This document shows positions 1 to 12,633 of a stretch of 64,000 nt of DNA, one piece after another. The stretch spans positions 248,001 through 312,000 of the forward strand of contig JAPETS010000021.1 in the NCBI GenBank assembly GCA_026023565.1. The letters are read 5' to 3'. Under the pieces are notes generated by a model. That model was not told the origin of the DNA, searched no databases, and worked only from the letters and a program-made list of their open reading frames with translations. The position numbers and the translations under genes are program-made. Positions within the stretch are counted from its first letter, which is position 1. Each line of letters starts with the position of its first letter. This DNA is from Cirrosporium novae-zelandiae (lineage: Eukaryota).

Positions 1-439
1 CTCTCTCAAATTCGCGCGGGCTGATTCCTGGGCATTCACCTGACTCGATATGCTTTACGAGACTAGATGCGAGAACAAATCCCTTGCCGCAGTTATTGCC
101 CTTGCAAACAATATTCTGGCCTGTTCGATGCATCTAAGTAGATGGTTAGCAGCTGAGCTTTGATAAATGAATGGAATGTCAATATACTTGTTTGATATGC
201 CGGTTTTTTCCTCCTTCAGATTTGAAGTCACAGCCACAATGTTCGCAGACGATATGCTTTTTGTCGGTCATCTGTACTTTGTGGATACGGAGAGAGTCTT
301 CATCGTCAAAATCCAAGTCACAAGCCTTACAATAATCATGTTCTGGAGCGCTGTGCTTGTGACGCTGAAGAGCACCTAGGCTCTCGAACTTGGCTTGGCA
401 GTTTTTGAAAGTGCATGGGATGTAGTTTTTAGAATACAT
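1..439 (-). CDS. C2H2 zinc-finger protein, 5' part (runs off window start; one intron about 133-187)
   Basis: ATG at 439. Repeated CxxC..H motifs (CTFKNC..HKH, CKAC..H, CEHC..H). After a GT..CTAAC..TAG intron the frame continues MHRTGQNIVCKGNNCGKGFVLASSLVKHIESGECP. Confidence 0.8.
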
Positions 440-1537
440 CGTTAGTGATTAAAGAAGTAACACGTTTGAATCGAGGATAGAGTAGGCTTTTATGCGAAAG
501 GGTTTGCCGTATAGCACGAGTATATAAGCAGCAGACCAGAATTGAAAGTGGCCTAAGGATTTTGGGTTAGAGTTAAGGGATAAGTCCACAAACAGGATGC
601 AGGTGAAAGAGGCAAACTTGAAGTGAATATGAATGAATACCTTAGGCACTATAGATTCTTGGAGATACTAACGATGTGCACGTTGGCCAACTAATCTAGG
701 TGCTAGACTGTGCTCAGCACGTATAAATTTGTAGAAAAATATCCATCAAAGCTGCACTCACATAGTATTCCCAATTATCAAAAAATCTTTACCAAAATTT
801 TTAAGGACTATAGATATTCCACTCGATATTGTTTATCATGACGATAAAAACGCTAAGAGATCCGCCTAGAATACGCAAAGGAAAATCGCTTCATACACAC
901 TCGATGCCAAACAGCCAGACGGAGTATCATCATCGGGCTAGGTGCTAGAGAAGATCTCAAGTAATGATATTTGAAATGGTCAGAACTACAAGGAATCCAT
1001 CCTCGCTGATTTTATCATTTTAACTATGAATGTCATTAGTTAACTCATCACAAAAACACTTCATTCTCAATTTAGATGGTTTCATTAGTCTTCATGTCAA
1101 TATTGAAATCACCAAGTCCAATGTATATTAACTTTGCTATAGATATGTTTCTTTAATACCTCTGATAATTTGAGGAGGTGATACTTCCCCTTGCCTTAGT
1201 ATGTATAGAAATTAGATCAATAAGGGTCTCATTACTAGACATCAATGAGGGATCTGAATAAATATCATAGGTAGCATCGTGCATAAGAAGAACTAGAGTG
1301 TAGCTGTTTAGTAGATAAACTTTTGAGTTCCAAGCCTTGGGTTCCTGAAGTTCTAAGTTTGCAATACATGTAGCATATGGATTATATGTTGATCCTAAAA
1401 TTAATATATTTAGACACGAACATCTATGATGGGCATTTAATATATAGATGCGGTAATTCGCCTGACTGACTAGGTCCAATGTTAGTACAGACCATACTAA
1501 CGTTTTGATATTAGCATACTATGAGTAGCATATGGAT

Positions 1538-2125
1538 TCAGAAACGTGAGTATGGGAGCCTTATATCATATTAGCGGGTGAGGAAATTTCGAAGGCCAAA
1601 TCATTGAACATACCACTTTCCACGGAGAGTAATGACAGCCCAGTTGTTACCATCTTTGTCAGTCTCTTTCTCGACTTTAGTGGAGAAAGATATTGCACTC
1701 ATGATACCATCGCCAAACTTTTCATTGAGAATTGCTTTATATGCATACCCGTAGTTCTGAATGATTTCGTATAGTCTATAGATTAAAGGTTCTTTTGGTG
1801 GCATATCCATAGCTCGGCCGCGATCAGGAAACCCACTCAACTGTTGGATCAAAGTCGATTTATCAATGCCAAGGACACGCGAAAGATTCTCGATATCATC
1901 CATGGATGCCTGAGCCTGCCCATAAAATATGGCTGCTATTGCTACTTCATCGCGGTTCAGCTCCTTAGCAATATCTTCAAATGATAGGTTATTTCTTGCT
2001 TTGCCTTCGAAAAGGGTGGTATATGAGGCCGGGAGCCTAGGAGTAAGAGATGACTGTAACGATTAGCAGATGATATCTTCGAGTGATGGTGAAAACAGCC
2101 ATACATCAAATGTGCACAAAGACAT
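1538..2125 (-). CDS. CYN1: Cyanate hydratase (cyanase), 3 exons
   Basis: Spliced [15 protein letters not shown]...[15 protein letters not shown]...[13 protein letters not shown]...[23 protein letters not shown] is the cyanase signature. Confidence 0.95.
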
Positions 2126-2524
2126 GACTATCGTTTATCAGCAATAGTCCTGGTCAGGGGATTTAGTGATTTGAAAACTAGGAAAATGCTAAAGTATTCC
2201 GTAGCATAAGTGGAATTATAGCCTACGTCATCTTACTAGATATTTTGCTTCGGTAAAAAATTTAGGAAGTATCGAAGTAAGAGGCTCACGTGATGCATTA
2301 AAGGTATAAGCGACAGCATATCTATAGTGTTATGTTGGTAGGGAAAAGGGGAAAACATTAACACTTTATTTTCAAGTTTTCATCCTCTATGTGAATCGCC
2401 GTTGTTCTTATAAGTAATTATAGTAAGTGCTTAATATTATCTACTATGGGCTAAGTTAGTGTGGCTCGTTATGAGCTTACATATATAGTACCACAGCTAT
2501 CTTGAATATATACATATGGCCAAC

Positions 2525-2574
2525 AACAAAGAAGTCAATGTTGATGAATAATTACCCATTTAAACACAAAGGAG
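2525..2574. promoter_or_regulatory. Candidate HMG-box binding sites upstream of the pheromone gene
   Basis: AACAAAGAA (2525-2533) and ACAAAGGAG (2566-2574) resemble the CAAAG-core sites of fungal mating HMG proteins (Ste11 TR-box, Prf1 PRE). Short motifs in AT-rich DNA could be chance. Confidence 0.25.
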
Positions 2575-3306
2575 GCAATGGGCTTCCAGGCTCTAGATTC
2601 TCTAGCTAATGGCTATCGCACAGCATTTCCGCCGGCAAATCATATTTACTAATTCTGTTATGCCTTTTTAGGTGCTTTCTATAATTGCCTACTTAGATAG
2701 GTAGTATAACAAAACAATTTTCATTGTCCGATACTAGTTTTTTTTGTCACAAGGTGAAAAAATATTATGAAGGCGATATGCGTGATGATGTCCAATTATC
2801 GTTTTTGGTTGTTGTTTAGTATTATCCTTAATAGCAAAACTTGGGATGAAGGACAACTTATCCCCCGTCTTTATTTTGGAGGCGTACTAGTCGTGGCGCT
2901 TTTCTTTGACTAATAAGAACAATATCAAATAAAGCAATACCAGTGTGAATATAATCTAGCTCCCACCTATTGGGCCAATTTACAGGAATTTTTCTATCTC
3001 GACATCTACTTGAAGGATTAGTTTTAATTAAAGGGAAGCACTTAGATAAAGAAAGTACTAATGCCTAGCCCCCTTCTTTATTCAGAGCTTTAAATTCCAT
3101 TATCTCAGCATCCCATATGTCTAATTTGGCATTATTCAGTGAAATCACCCCTGGCCGTTGAAGAATTATAAATTGACCTTGTTTTCCTTCCTTCATTCCA
3201 TCTTTCTCTCCATTCTACGCTCGCTATCACCAACCACACTTTCAATATCCAACTTCAAACACAATCTTTAAACTCTCCCTTTTCAAACCAAACCAAGCTT
3301 ATCAAA

Positions 3307-3426
3307 ATGGCTAGAGGCTCAAACGGTCCTGGCGGGGGTTGTACTGTCATGCGTGGCCCTGGCGGGGGTTGCACTGTCATGCGTGGAGGCTCGAACGGCC
3401 CTGGTGGTGGTTGTACAGTTATGTAG
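3307..3426 (+). CDS. a-factor-like (CaaX) mating pheromone precursor with three repeats, 39 aa
   Basis: MARGSNGPGGGCTVMRGPGGGCTVMRGGSNGPGGGCTVM*. Terminal CaaX CTVM plus two internal copies; repeats differ at synonymous sites (TGT/TGC, ACT/ACA, GTC/GTT). Good start context (ATCAAAATGG), C/T-rich leader and TATAAA near 3167. Confidence 0.9.
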   Translation: MARGSNGPGGGCTVMRGPGGGCTVMRGGSNGPGGGCTVM

Positions 3427-4306
3427 GCCGCCATAGGACATTGATAGGCGGTTATTGATGTACGGCTTTCGACATCTCTTTCTACAACAATACTCTATTG
3501 CACGTCCATTGGTCCATTACTTTTCATTGAGTAAAGAAATGTGGCCGTATGGTGAGCCTGCCCGACATCCCCACAAAATACGAACCGATCTTACAAACAT
3601 CAAGATGTCTTTCGAAGGCAAATACTAGTACGAGTTTCCATTTTATAGGGCCATTATGTTAACATTACGGACCTTTTAATTCATTTCTTGATTTGGGATA
3701 TTTGTTGATATTTACGCTGGACTCCACCTGTTTCTGTCTAGTTGTTTCGTGACAGAAACAGCGGCGGCTACGCTGTTATTTCTCGGCTATGAATGAGAAA
3801 ATAGATAGGAGTTATTGAAAGTTATAAAAATATATATAACTAGCTATTCTAATGCTCAGAGACTACATTCTTTAGCTTTCTATTGAGCTTCTGTAAGTAA
3901 AAGATATATCACTTGATGCTCTCGCAACCATATTCCAACTGACTTAATTAAGCTGTTACTATAAAAAATAATGTATAGTCTAGAAAATAATTCAGCATAT
4001 TCTATGTCCTCTTCTCAATATTATGAATAACTAGTGTAACTTTAATAGATCTTTGATAAATGATAAAAGTCAAAGTTTGCATGGGCATTAGGTAGTAGAT
4101 AACTAATATCATTTTTAGCTCATGGTCATAGGCTCCTGTATAGATACTCCAACAACCGGCCCGCAGAAGCACCACCCCTAACAGACTAATAAGCATCTCG
4201 AACGTAGGAATATCTTAAGATGATTTAGGAAAGTACTACATCTCGATTATGGATTCTAACAGGGAATAGCAACGTTTCCTACTCACTCCCCTTTATTATT
4301 TACATT

Positions 4307-6307
4307 CTATGCCTGATTAGTATCGTTGTTCATAAATCTGGCAACCGCCTCAGTAACAATAGATAGCCGCTCCTCTATAATCAGTACATCTCCTAACCCT
4401 TGAGCCAAGTCGTCATTTCCTCCAATCTGCTTCAGCTCCCCGCCCTCCTTGAATCCTTCTTTGAGTCTCCCTACCGCCTCGCCTAATGGTTGTAGAAATA
4501 ACCCAGCAACATCATAATCTCGATGAACATTTTGTATATTTAGTCTTTCCCGGATATCTGAACGTGCTATGATGAGGTAGTAAAAATTAAGGGCTGAAAG
4601 GTAGAACGATATGTTTGTCCTCAATCTTTGCCATGTGCAGGGGAGAGGAACTTGTAAAAGATTCGTGCGGAGAGACGGAAAAATTGCCGGAAGCAGGAGC
4701 GTTAAGGGAAGTTGGGTGGCGAAGATGGAGGTTTCGGAATGCTTGCAGATTGACAGCTGATCGGTCAAGGCCGAGACTGCAGCTAGAATGGCGGTTTTGA
4801 GCCAGGACACTGCACTTGATTTGAGGGCAGGATGGTCCATATTTTCAAGTATATGACGAATAAAAGAAAGGACCACAAAATCAGAGGGATGGGATAAAAG
4901 TATTAGAGTTGTTAGGGTATGAATATGGCCGCGAAGGGATGGGGACCTAGTATTGATACAAAGCATGGAAAGGGTTGACAGGTATTCTAGAAATACCTCA
5001 TCACTGACAGGAGCCCCAATTTTATTATTTTTCGACCACTGAAGGCCTAGATAAAGAATTCCATCAATAAGAGGCTCTGGTCCGATGCCAAAATCAGACT
5101 GCGATGATTTACCCACATAATTCTTCACGATAGCAGCATGATGTGGGAATATAGAGCAGATATCCGAGTTGCAAGACTGAGAATCAAAGAGAATATGGGA
5201 AGACTCTTGTGCTGCAAAGAGATAAAGAGAACCATAGTATGAGAGGCAGACGTCAGAAGGTGCTGAGGGTAATTCATCGCTCGAAAGATCATGTTCAGAG
5301 AAGTCTTCTTCAGGATTTTGGATTACGGCAAGGAGTTCATCTGACGAGATTCCGAGATCGCAAGCCAAGGCCTACTAGTGTTATCATCCGTCACTGGCAC
5401 TTAGTACCACAGCGATACTTACAGTAAAATTTCTCATGAGAGAATCTCGACTTCTCAGATCATCATCATCTATAAATCTTTGCGAGTATGTCTTTCGGAC
5501 AGGAATGACTCTTCTTGGCTCAAATATTTCAAAAGCCCTACTTGCCCATGCCAATCCAGGCACGTCATCCTTAGAAGCTAGGGATCTAAGATAAGTTTCA
5601 AGTACAAACGTAAGAAAGGCTTGTATCAAGCGTTTCTGTAGAGCGGCCTCTTCATCTGATGCAAATTTATGTTGGGCCTCTGGGTCGGGAGTGGCAGTAT
5701 CATAAGAGGAGGCTGCTGCTTCCATATAAATATTGATTCTGCGGGGCGGCAAAACTGGTCTTTGGAGACCAGAAATGTGCTTGATGAAATCAAATACCTT
5801 GATGGTTGTTTCAAGAGAGATGAGATTGTTGTAGCAGCGAAGAACGGCTTGAAGACTAGTAGATAGGAAGCGGGTAGGGTGTTTCGTCTTTATGCGAGGA
5901 TGAAGGACCTCTAGCATTGATAGGAGAGCCGTAAATTGTAAAATATGAAGAGGTGACTGAGAAGATGGAAGATTCTCATGACAATTTGAAGAAGCATTTG
6001 ACTCTGGTTTATCTTGTATAGTGATAGCAATCTCCACCAAGGATTCAGTGACCTTGAGGATAACTTCTCGTGGATTCCCAAATCTGGCTACGTCCTGCAA
6101 GCACTCATGCGATTCTGGAAGAAGAGGCAGCAGCAAATGTACGAGATCCCAACCGATGTTGTTAGTCAAGGTGGTATCCTGTAAGACCTTGTGCAACGTT
6201 GGAAGCTGTGCAGCATTAAGTTGATATTCAAGTATTGTCAAGTATGTCATATAGTCGGTGGTTGGAGGTAAAGCCAGCAGAAGAGGGCTCTCAGAATTTT
6301 CATCCAT
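4307..6307 (-). CDS. YBP1/YBP2-like (DUF1760, glomulin/ALF4-like) protein, 2 exons
   Basis: ORFs 5384-6307 and 4307-5368 joined by an intron at about 5372-5422 (GTAAGT..TAG). N-terminal LPPTTDYMTYLTILEY..IGWDLV..CLQDVARFGNPREVILKV is typical of the family. Confidence 0.8.
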
Positions 6308-6549
6308 TGTAACTGACTAGTAAGAAGGATCGAAAGAAGGACAATGATGATAGGAACACTCTGTGGTTGTCGTGATTATGATTGTTGTTCCGTCAATGAT
6401 GGGTGATGGTGAAGCGTATGAGGGGTCAATATCCTTCCTGCGTTAGCTCCTTTAGCCGTCTTCAACTCTCATCATGCTTGCTCGCTGATAATGGTGTTAA
6501 TTGGACTTCTTTCATCTATCTAATATATGCCCTAGATCTACTACGTTTG

Positions 6550-6767
6550 CTATCTCCTAAACCGTCCACAAATGGCTATCGCTAACAGGGGGGGTAAAAC
6601 TGGGGGTCAATTGGCCCAATGATAGGACCTTGAGGCTCAGTATGATTCAGCAATGAAGTTGATGCCTGGTTCTGCCTGAAAACAGTGATCTGACCTATTA
6701 GACTATAATCCTTACATGACATCCCTACTAGCGATAATTAGCTATTTGTGGACGGTTTAGGAGATAG
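6550..6767. mobile_element. MITE-like element with a perfect 24-bp inverted repeat
   Basis: CTATCTCCTAAACCGTCCACAAAT (6550-6573) and its exact reverse complement (6744-6767), with imperfect inward extension (GCTA..TCGCTA). TA at 6551-6552 and 6765-6766 could be a TA target-site duplication. No coding capacity. Confidence 0.7.
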
Positions 6768-6870
6768 ACTATCTTCCATCTTATAGGGTACATACTATAC
6801 ACGTCCGCAAATTGCCGGTTTCAACCGCTTGCTACACCCAGGCTCTGTAGTCGAAACCCGATCCAAAGCA

Positions 6871-9800
6871 ATGGCCGCATCCTTTCAACACCAAACGGAG
6901 CGGCAACCAGCTTCGCACGGCTTTATCTCCAATCCTAATTCCAACATCGTCTCTCCTACGTCGCAAGCCGTGCATAGAAGATCTTATCAGGCATGCGATC
7001 CGTGCCGTCGGCGGAAGGTGAAATGTGACCTAGGAAGTGCGCTCTCCTCATGCTTCATTATTCTCCTCGCCACCGCTTTCCTTTAGAACACTGAAGATAT
7101 ACCATTTTATACTAATAAATTGATTACTTACAGGCGTCGATAATCCAAGGCCGCCTCCTTGTTCAAGGTGCCGTCGAGAGAGCAAGAAATGCGAATTTTC
7201 GGCAACACGAAGGAAGCGAAAGCTCTCTGAGGATGAAGTCGATGGCCAGGAACACAGCTTTGCCCGCAGTTATGGAGATGAAAATACCTGGCTAGGTAAT
7301 ACACGCAATTCAGCAGAAAATGAAAAGTTATTACGACAATCGCCAAATGGATCCATAGCGTCCTCTATTTCGAGGACACCCGGTAGCCACACCACGGCCG
7401 ATCGGGTCCTTCCTACTATTGAACGTGGCGATGGGAGAGAACAACAGCTCCTTGATAACTCTGCTGCTGCACTGTTTACCTCTAGTGTCAACAACCCACA
7501 TGATGCGTTACATGTCTTAGTCGAAGCTGCTGGGCAAACTGAGAGCTTGAACCGCAACGAGGCTGAGTCCGTTCGTCTTCACCAAAGCTCTTCAGCTCAA
7601 GGAAAATCCTCTCAGGCCCCAATTGCAAGTCAGCATTCAGGTCTTACCCAGATCTTCAATGCCCACGGTGTCATTGATCCTGCAATAACATCGCCTACGA
7701 ACACTAAACAAGAAGGCTCCGATACTGAGATTATTGAATATCAGAATTCTTTGAAGGCCTGGGCCAAGCTGAGGTTTGTTAGAGCAGGTTGGTTCACGGG
7801 ACAAGAAGCCATTGCCTACGTTCAGTAGTGTGTACTTTCCTGACCAAACCGTAATTTGGTACTAATCAAACCTAATACTAGCTATTATGACCACCTGGCT
7901 CCTCTGACTCCAGTCGCAATTCCGGACTATCGTTTACCATCGACGCATGCCAAGTTGTTGCATGATGAGCCTGTGTTAACAATAACCATACTAACTCTAG
8001 CATCGAGGTACATGGGCCTTGAAGGTCGTGCATCCCTCTCGAGGCAATATGCTATTCACGAAAAACTTTGGGCCTACCTTAGAGGTATGATTGAACGATT
8101 GTTCTGGGGCCAAGAAGAATTCACGATTGGATCCTATGGTGTCTTGATTCCCAATACAGATCCATCGTCACATTATACAACGAAAAGAGCGAGAAGGGCG
8201 AGCCTACGGACATTAGGCACCATTGAGGCATTACTTCTTCTAACTGACTGGCATCCAAGGGCACTTCATTTCCCTCCATCTGATGACACTGGCGCTTTAG
8301 TAGAAGAGGAGTCCTACTCTGTTAGGGAATCCGAAGGCAGCTCAAACCCTCCTAGCCGACAGGAAGGAATATCGGGCAGAGCAGGCAGGGTAGCCTTTTC
8401 TAGTTGGCTGGAGCCTGCTTGGAGATCTGATCGTATGTGCTGGATGCTCCTAGGCAATGCCTACACTCTGTCCTTTGAACTTGGAGTGTTCGATAGGATC
8501 TTTGGCACTACAGCCTATGCTTGGGATTCTTATCAACAAAATGATCCTCACTCGTACGGTCATCGAGCCAGTAACCTTCAGAAGCTCCTAGTAGTTTACA
8601 TTACTCAGACAAGTGGAAGACTCGGAATTAATTCCATGCTAAATTTTAGCGACTGTGTGAAGCAATTAACGGAACGACCATTGACATTGTCTTCAGATCA
8701 GTGGTACCTGCATCAGCATGGATCGTCACCCCAGGATCGAATTCTTCAATTCTGGATGGACATTGCCGCAATTATGCATGACAGCAATGCCATGCTCTTC
8801 ACGCCTCGGGAAAAGACAAGGGAGATAATCAAGAGCGGCGAATACCTTGCGCTCCTCGAGAAATTTCAAGCCCCCCTTCGAAGCTTTAGCGCCCGTCTTG
8901 ATGAAGTTGATAGTAAGTGTCCCATTAATGTCCGAAAATTTTGATCTAACATGGATTAGTTTCCAAGTATATGAAACACATACTGAGGATTGAGTATAAT
9001 TATACCCGTATGGCATTTTTTCACACCTCCTTTAGAGTTATATTAACACTTCTTCAGGATTATACATTAACTCGCTTGCACTGCAAGCGGTGGTTGAGCG
9101 ATGGACCAACATTCCCAAAAGTACATATCGCAAAACTGAGGATGACTCCGAGGCCGGAACTCAGGACATTCACTCGCGAATTCTTCCAGGCAGTCCTGTT
9201 TCCCCAATCATGTTACGTGAACTCTACCGTGGCAATGAAGAATATATTCAACAGGTTGTCGATGCCTGTCGTGGTTTGATAACTACTGTGGTGAACGACT
9301 TACGACCGGGAGATTTCTTAAGGCATGCTCCTGTGAGGACATATTTTAGGATTATTTCAGGGGCTATGTTTCTTTTAAAGGTATCAATGGCTCTACTCTC
9401 TAGAACTGGATCAACTTTAGCCTCGTCATGACTAACTTGACTTGTTAGACCTTCGCTGTTGGAGCCCCCGCAAATTCCGTTCATAAGTCTCTCGACCTTC
9501 TTGATGCCTTAGTTGATGCCCTCGAGAACTGTGTTGTCGATGACGTCCACCTCTCCGGCCGCATTGCCGATCTCCTGCGATTTCTAACTTCAAGTATTCG
9601 TCCCCGCTTTATTCGCTATGTGACGGCGACAGCGAATCAAAGTCGAAGCCGAACTCCTCTCCCAGCATCGGCAGACACGGAAAATCGTCTCATGAATGGT
9701 TATGGGAATTCTACTAGACAAACCGGCCAGCACGGAGGAATAGATCTATACCGTAGCGAACAAAACCAAGGCCCAATTAGGCAATACCCCGTTGAGATAA

Positions 9801-10204
9801 CTGAAGGGAGTTACTTCTATAGCTCTCCCCTTCATTCTCGAGGTATCAAGCAACCCAGCTCATCCGCCTCATCCTCCTTACCACATGTATCCCAATTGCC
9901 GCCTCATCATCCTGTCTCCTTTATGCCACCGCCTTTCGACGATACCTGTGTCGTTCAGCCTTCATTGCACCCCGCTGAACACCCCCTGAATTCCCCCAAT
10001 CAAAGTGAGGGAAATACTAATGCGAGTTTGCTCGATTGGACAGCTCTTCCATTAGATCTCTTTTTCAATAACCCAGAAGTTAATGTCGACCAAGGATTTG
10101 GCGGAATTGGTCCTACGGTCGGTGAGTATGATATGTTAGAAGTTATGTTAGGGCATGAACATTTTGGTCAGAAATGGGAAGGTGGGACTGCTTATAATTG
10201 CTAA
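6871..10204 (+). CDS. Zn(II)2Cys6 transcription factor, ARO80-like, multi-exon
   Basis: Intron-split cluster RRSYQACDPCRRRKVKCDLG/..DNPRPPPCSRCRRESKKCEFSATRRKRK. Downstream motifs RFVRAGWFT, LRTLGTIEALLLLTDWHPRALHFPP, WLEPAWRSDRMCWMLL and LRHAPVRTYFRI. Confidence 0.88.
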
Positions 10205-10922
10205 ATGGGGTAAGTTGTGACCTTACGATCTAGGAGTACCGGGGTATTGTCTACGTAATCCTAGAATACTAATGTAGCCAACCTACTTTCAAATTAAAAT
10301 GAATAGTGTTTAGCTAATCACTACATATAGAGGGTTCTGTCGAAATCTCATAAGCACTAGCTCCGGATTAAATCATTTTATCAAAATCAGAATGTGACGA
10401 CTTCGCGTATAAATGTCGTTTAAGGGGAAGAGTGAGGCGGCAGATAAAAATTGGTGGGAAATAGAGAGTCAAAGAAGAAGTGAAGAAACTGAACTTAAAA
10501 GGATATGTGCACACTTTGCAACATGCAGTGTGTTAGGTGTGATCGGTTTTATGATATTTTAATCTTTAAGAACACCTTCTTAATGTTGCTTCGTATAAGA
10601 AGCTGCTGCTAGCGCATGAACACGTGCCACTTGTAGAACCTAAACGTAGCCACATTCTAGAACTACCTAAATGGTGTAGATGTACAGTACATAGCTCTTG
10701 ATAGCCCATGATAATATCCTATTAGTATGTTAATAGGGGTTCTAAAAAGACGAATTTAGAAGGAATGTTTCAATATTTGATATACAGAAGAATACTGTTA
10801 GCGTAAACTAGAAAGAAAATATCTCACTTATTTCAGCTGGGCCCAAAAGTTCAGAATGCCCATATGTTAGCTCTCATAGCATGGCAGTGGTAAGGCCTGC
10901 AGTTATAGCCTTAGATCAGTAA

Positions 10923-12150
10923 TTACTTTGGTCGTCGTGTATTTATGCACTGGTGCGCTGAATTTCCGAGACCTCCACTGTCTTTTGTTTTCTCCTTTTC
11001 TTGTCTATAAAGTGTTCTTCGCTTCTTGGAATCTAGATCCTTGCCTTTCGGTTTGACCATAGAAATATTACGGCCACCATTTCTTTTTAGCTCCATCTTT
11101 TTAACCTTTCTCCATTCTATTTCGGCGGTTAAAAGCTCTCTGTTCTTCAGAGCAGAAGCATCAAATTCTCGTTTCAGTTTCTTCCCTTTGTCCAACTTCG
11201 TTATTTCTTTCTGCCCTCGTTTTTGCACTCGGGCTCTAGCTTTTCGAGTAGCTCTAATGATAAGTTGTTCTTCGCACTTGCGGGTTTCTTTCTTTTCTCG
11301 TCGCAAATCAACCTCAACAGCAAGGTTTTCGTGCTCTACCCCAGTATTTTCTATGCTATGTGAAAGACTATTATTTTGTTTAGTAACGGTACTTTGGAGT
11401 GTCAATTCACTACGAGTAAGGACAATATAGTCTTTAGAAGGTTTGGATAGTGAGTTAGGTACACTAATAGCAATGCGATTTAGATCTATAACAAATGACT
11501 GTTCGGATTTTTCCTATCATGTGGCATCAACTTCTTCTAGGGCTATTGTTCCAGTGGGAGCAATTTAGGCTCCATCATTAATATTCAATTGGTAAGATTT
11601 GGATGTGTTGGTGTTCTAATAAGCAGACTCAGCGAGTATCATATAAATTCTCGAGAAGCATCTCTTGTAGCAATCACTACTTCCTTCGCTCTTTATCATC
11701 TTCGAAATTTCTCTCTACGATTTATGGGGTTCGTCGTGTACGGCTTTTTATATCCTCTAAGGAGCCTAGATAATGTCGAACAACCAATAGATAGTATTAA
11801 AAGGCCTATACAATACTGGGAGAGTATATGAACTTAGACTAGGAATTAAATGTCCTGACTTTTGGCCATGGCATGTTCAAGGTATACCTACCCTCTTATG
11901 CAGCTCCTTTGAAGCTTCTTCAAACAAATCTCTAGGACAAATTTTCCCCTGTGATATTTTTATAACCGTTTAAACTGACGTTGTTTAGAATGTAGTTTGG
12001 TTGTATACAAAAAGTGCTTGGCCTAGAGAATAAGCCATATTTAGATAACGCAAGGCCTTGCTAAAAGAAGCAAATTTCGGCATGAGATACCACTCTCTTT
12101 ATAGCTCGTGCGTTCGGGGATAGGGCACCTTAAATAGGAGTATAATATGG
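10923..12150 (-). pseudogene. Decayed coding-like relic (gene or transposon remnant) at the MAT border
   Basis: A 160-codon K/R/E-rich open frame without an ATG start (10923-11405) is preceded by coding-looking sequence broken by many stops, in AT/TpA-rich surroundings. No family recognised. Confidence 0.3.
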
Positions 12151-12633
12151 ATAAATGAAGTGTAGATAGATAGGTACTGGACAATGCAAGGAGATTACCT
12201 AAGTCTTTCTACGAAGTTTGACAGCAATGTCTGACAGGTTGGCTCCTTGATCCTACAGGTAGCGATAGACACAAAAAATCACCACTTTTTGATGGACTAA
12301 GTTAAGTTGTATTTAGTGTTAGGCGAATACGCTATATGTATTGTATGTATTGGCCTATGTTGGAACAGTGAAGATGATTCAGAGAGCATGAGACATCAAA
12401 GAACATAATTGGATGGTATTGGCTGATTCTGCTATAGGTAATTCTAATTTAACTGAAAGCCACATTCCTGTATTTGCATTCCAGGGTATCCAGGCACATT
12501 CCTAACACATAAGATCACCCATGCGCCCATTTTGACTTCTGGATACCGCCCGTAGTATACAACCAACTCGCCAAACTCGAAGGAAAAACTAATATCATCT
12601 CTCTAGGGAGGACGGACTTGACGACTAAAGTGG

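Noticed and set aside
1153..1538. 108-aa ORF and a 14-bp direct repeat (GTAGCATATGGATT at 1370 and 1525) downstream of cyanase
   Set aside because: The ORF has a non-ATG start, AT-rich composition and no motif. The single short repeat has no associated element structure.
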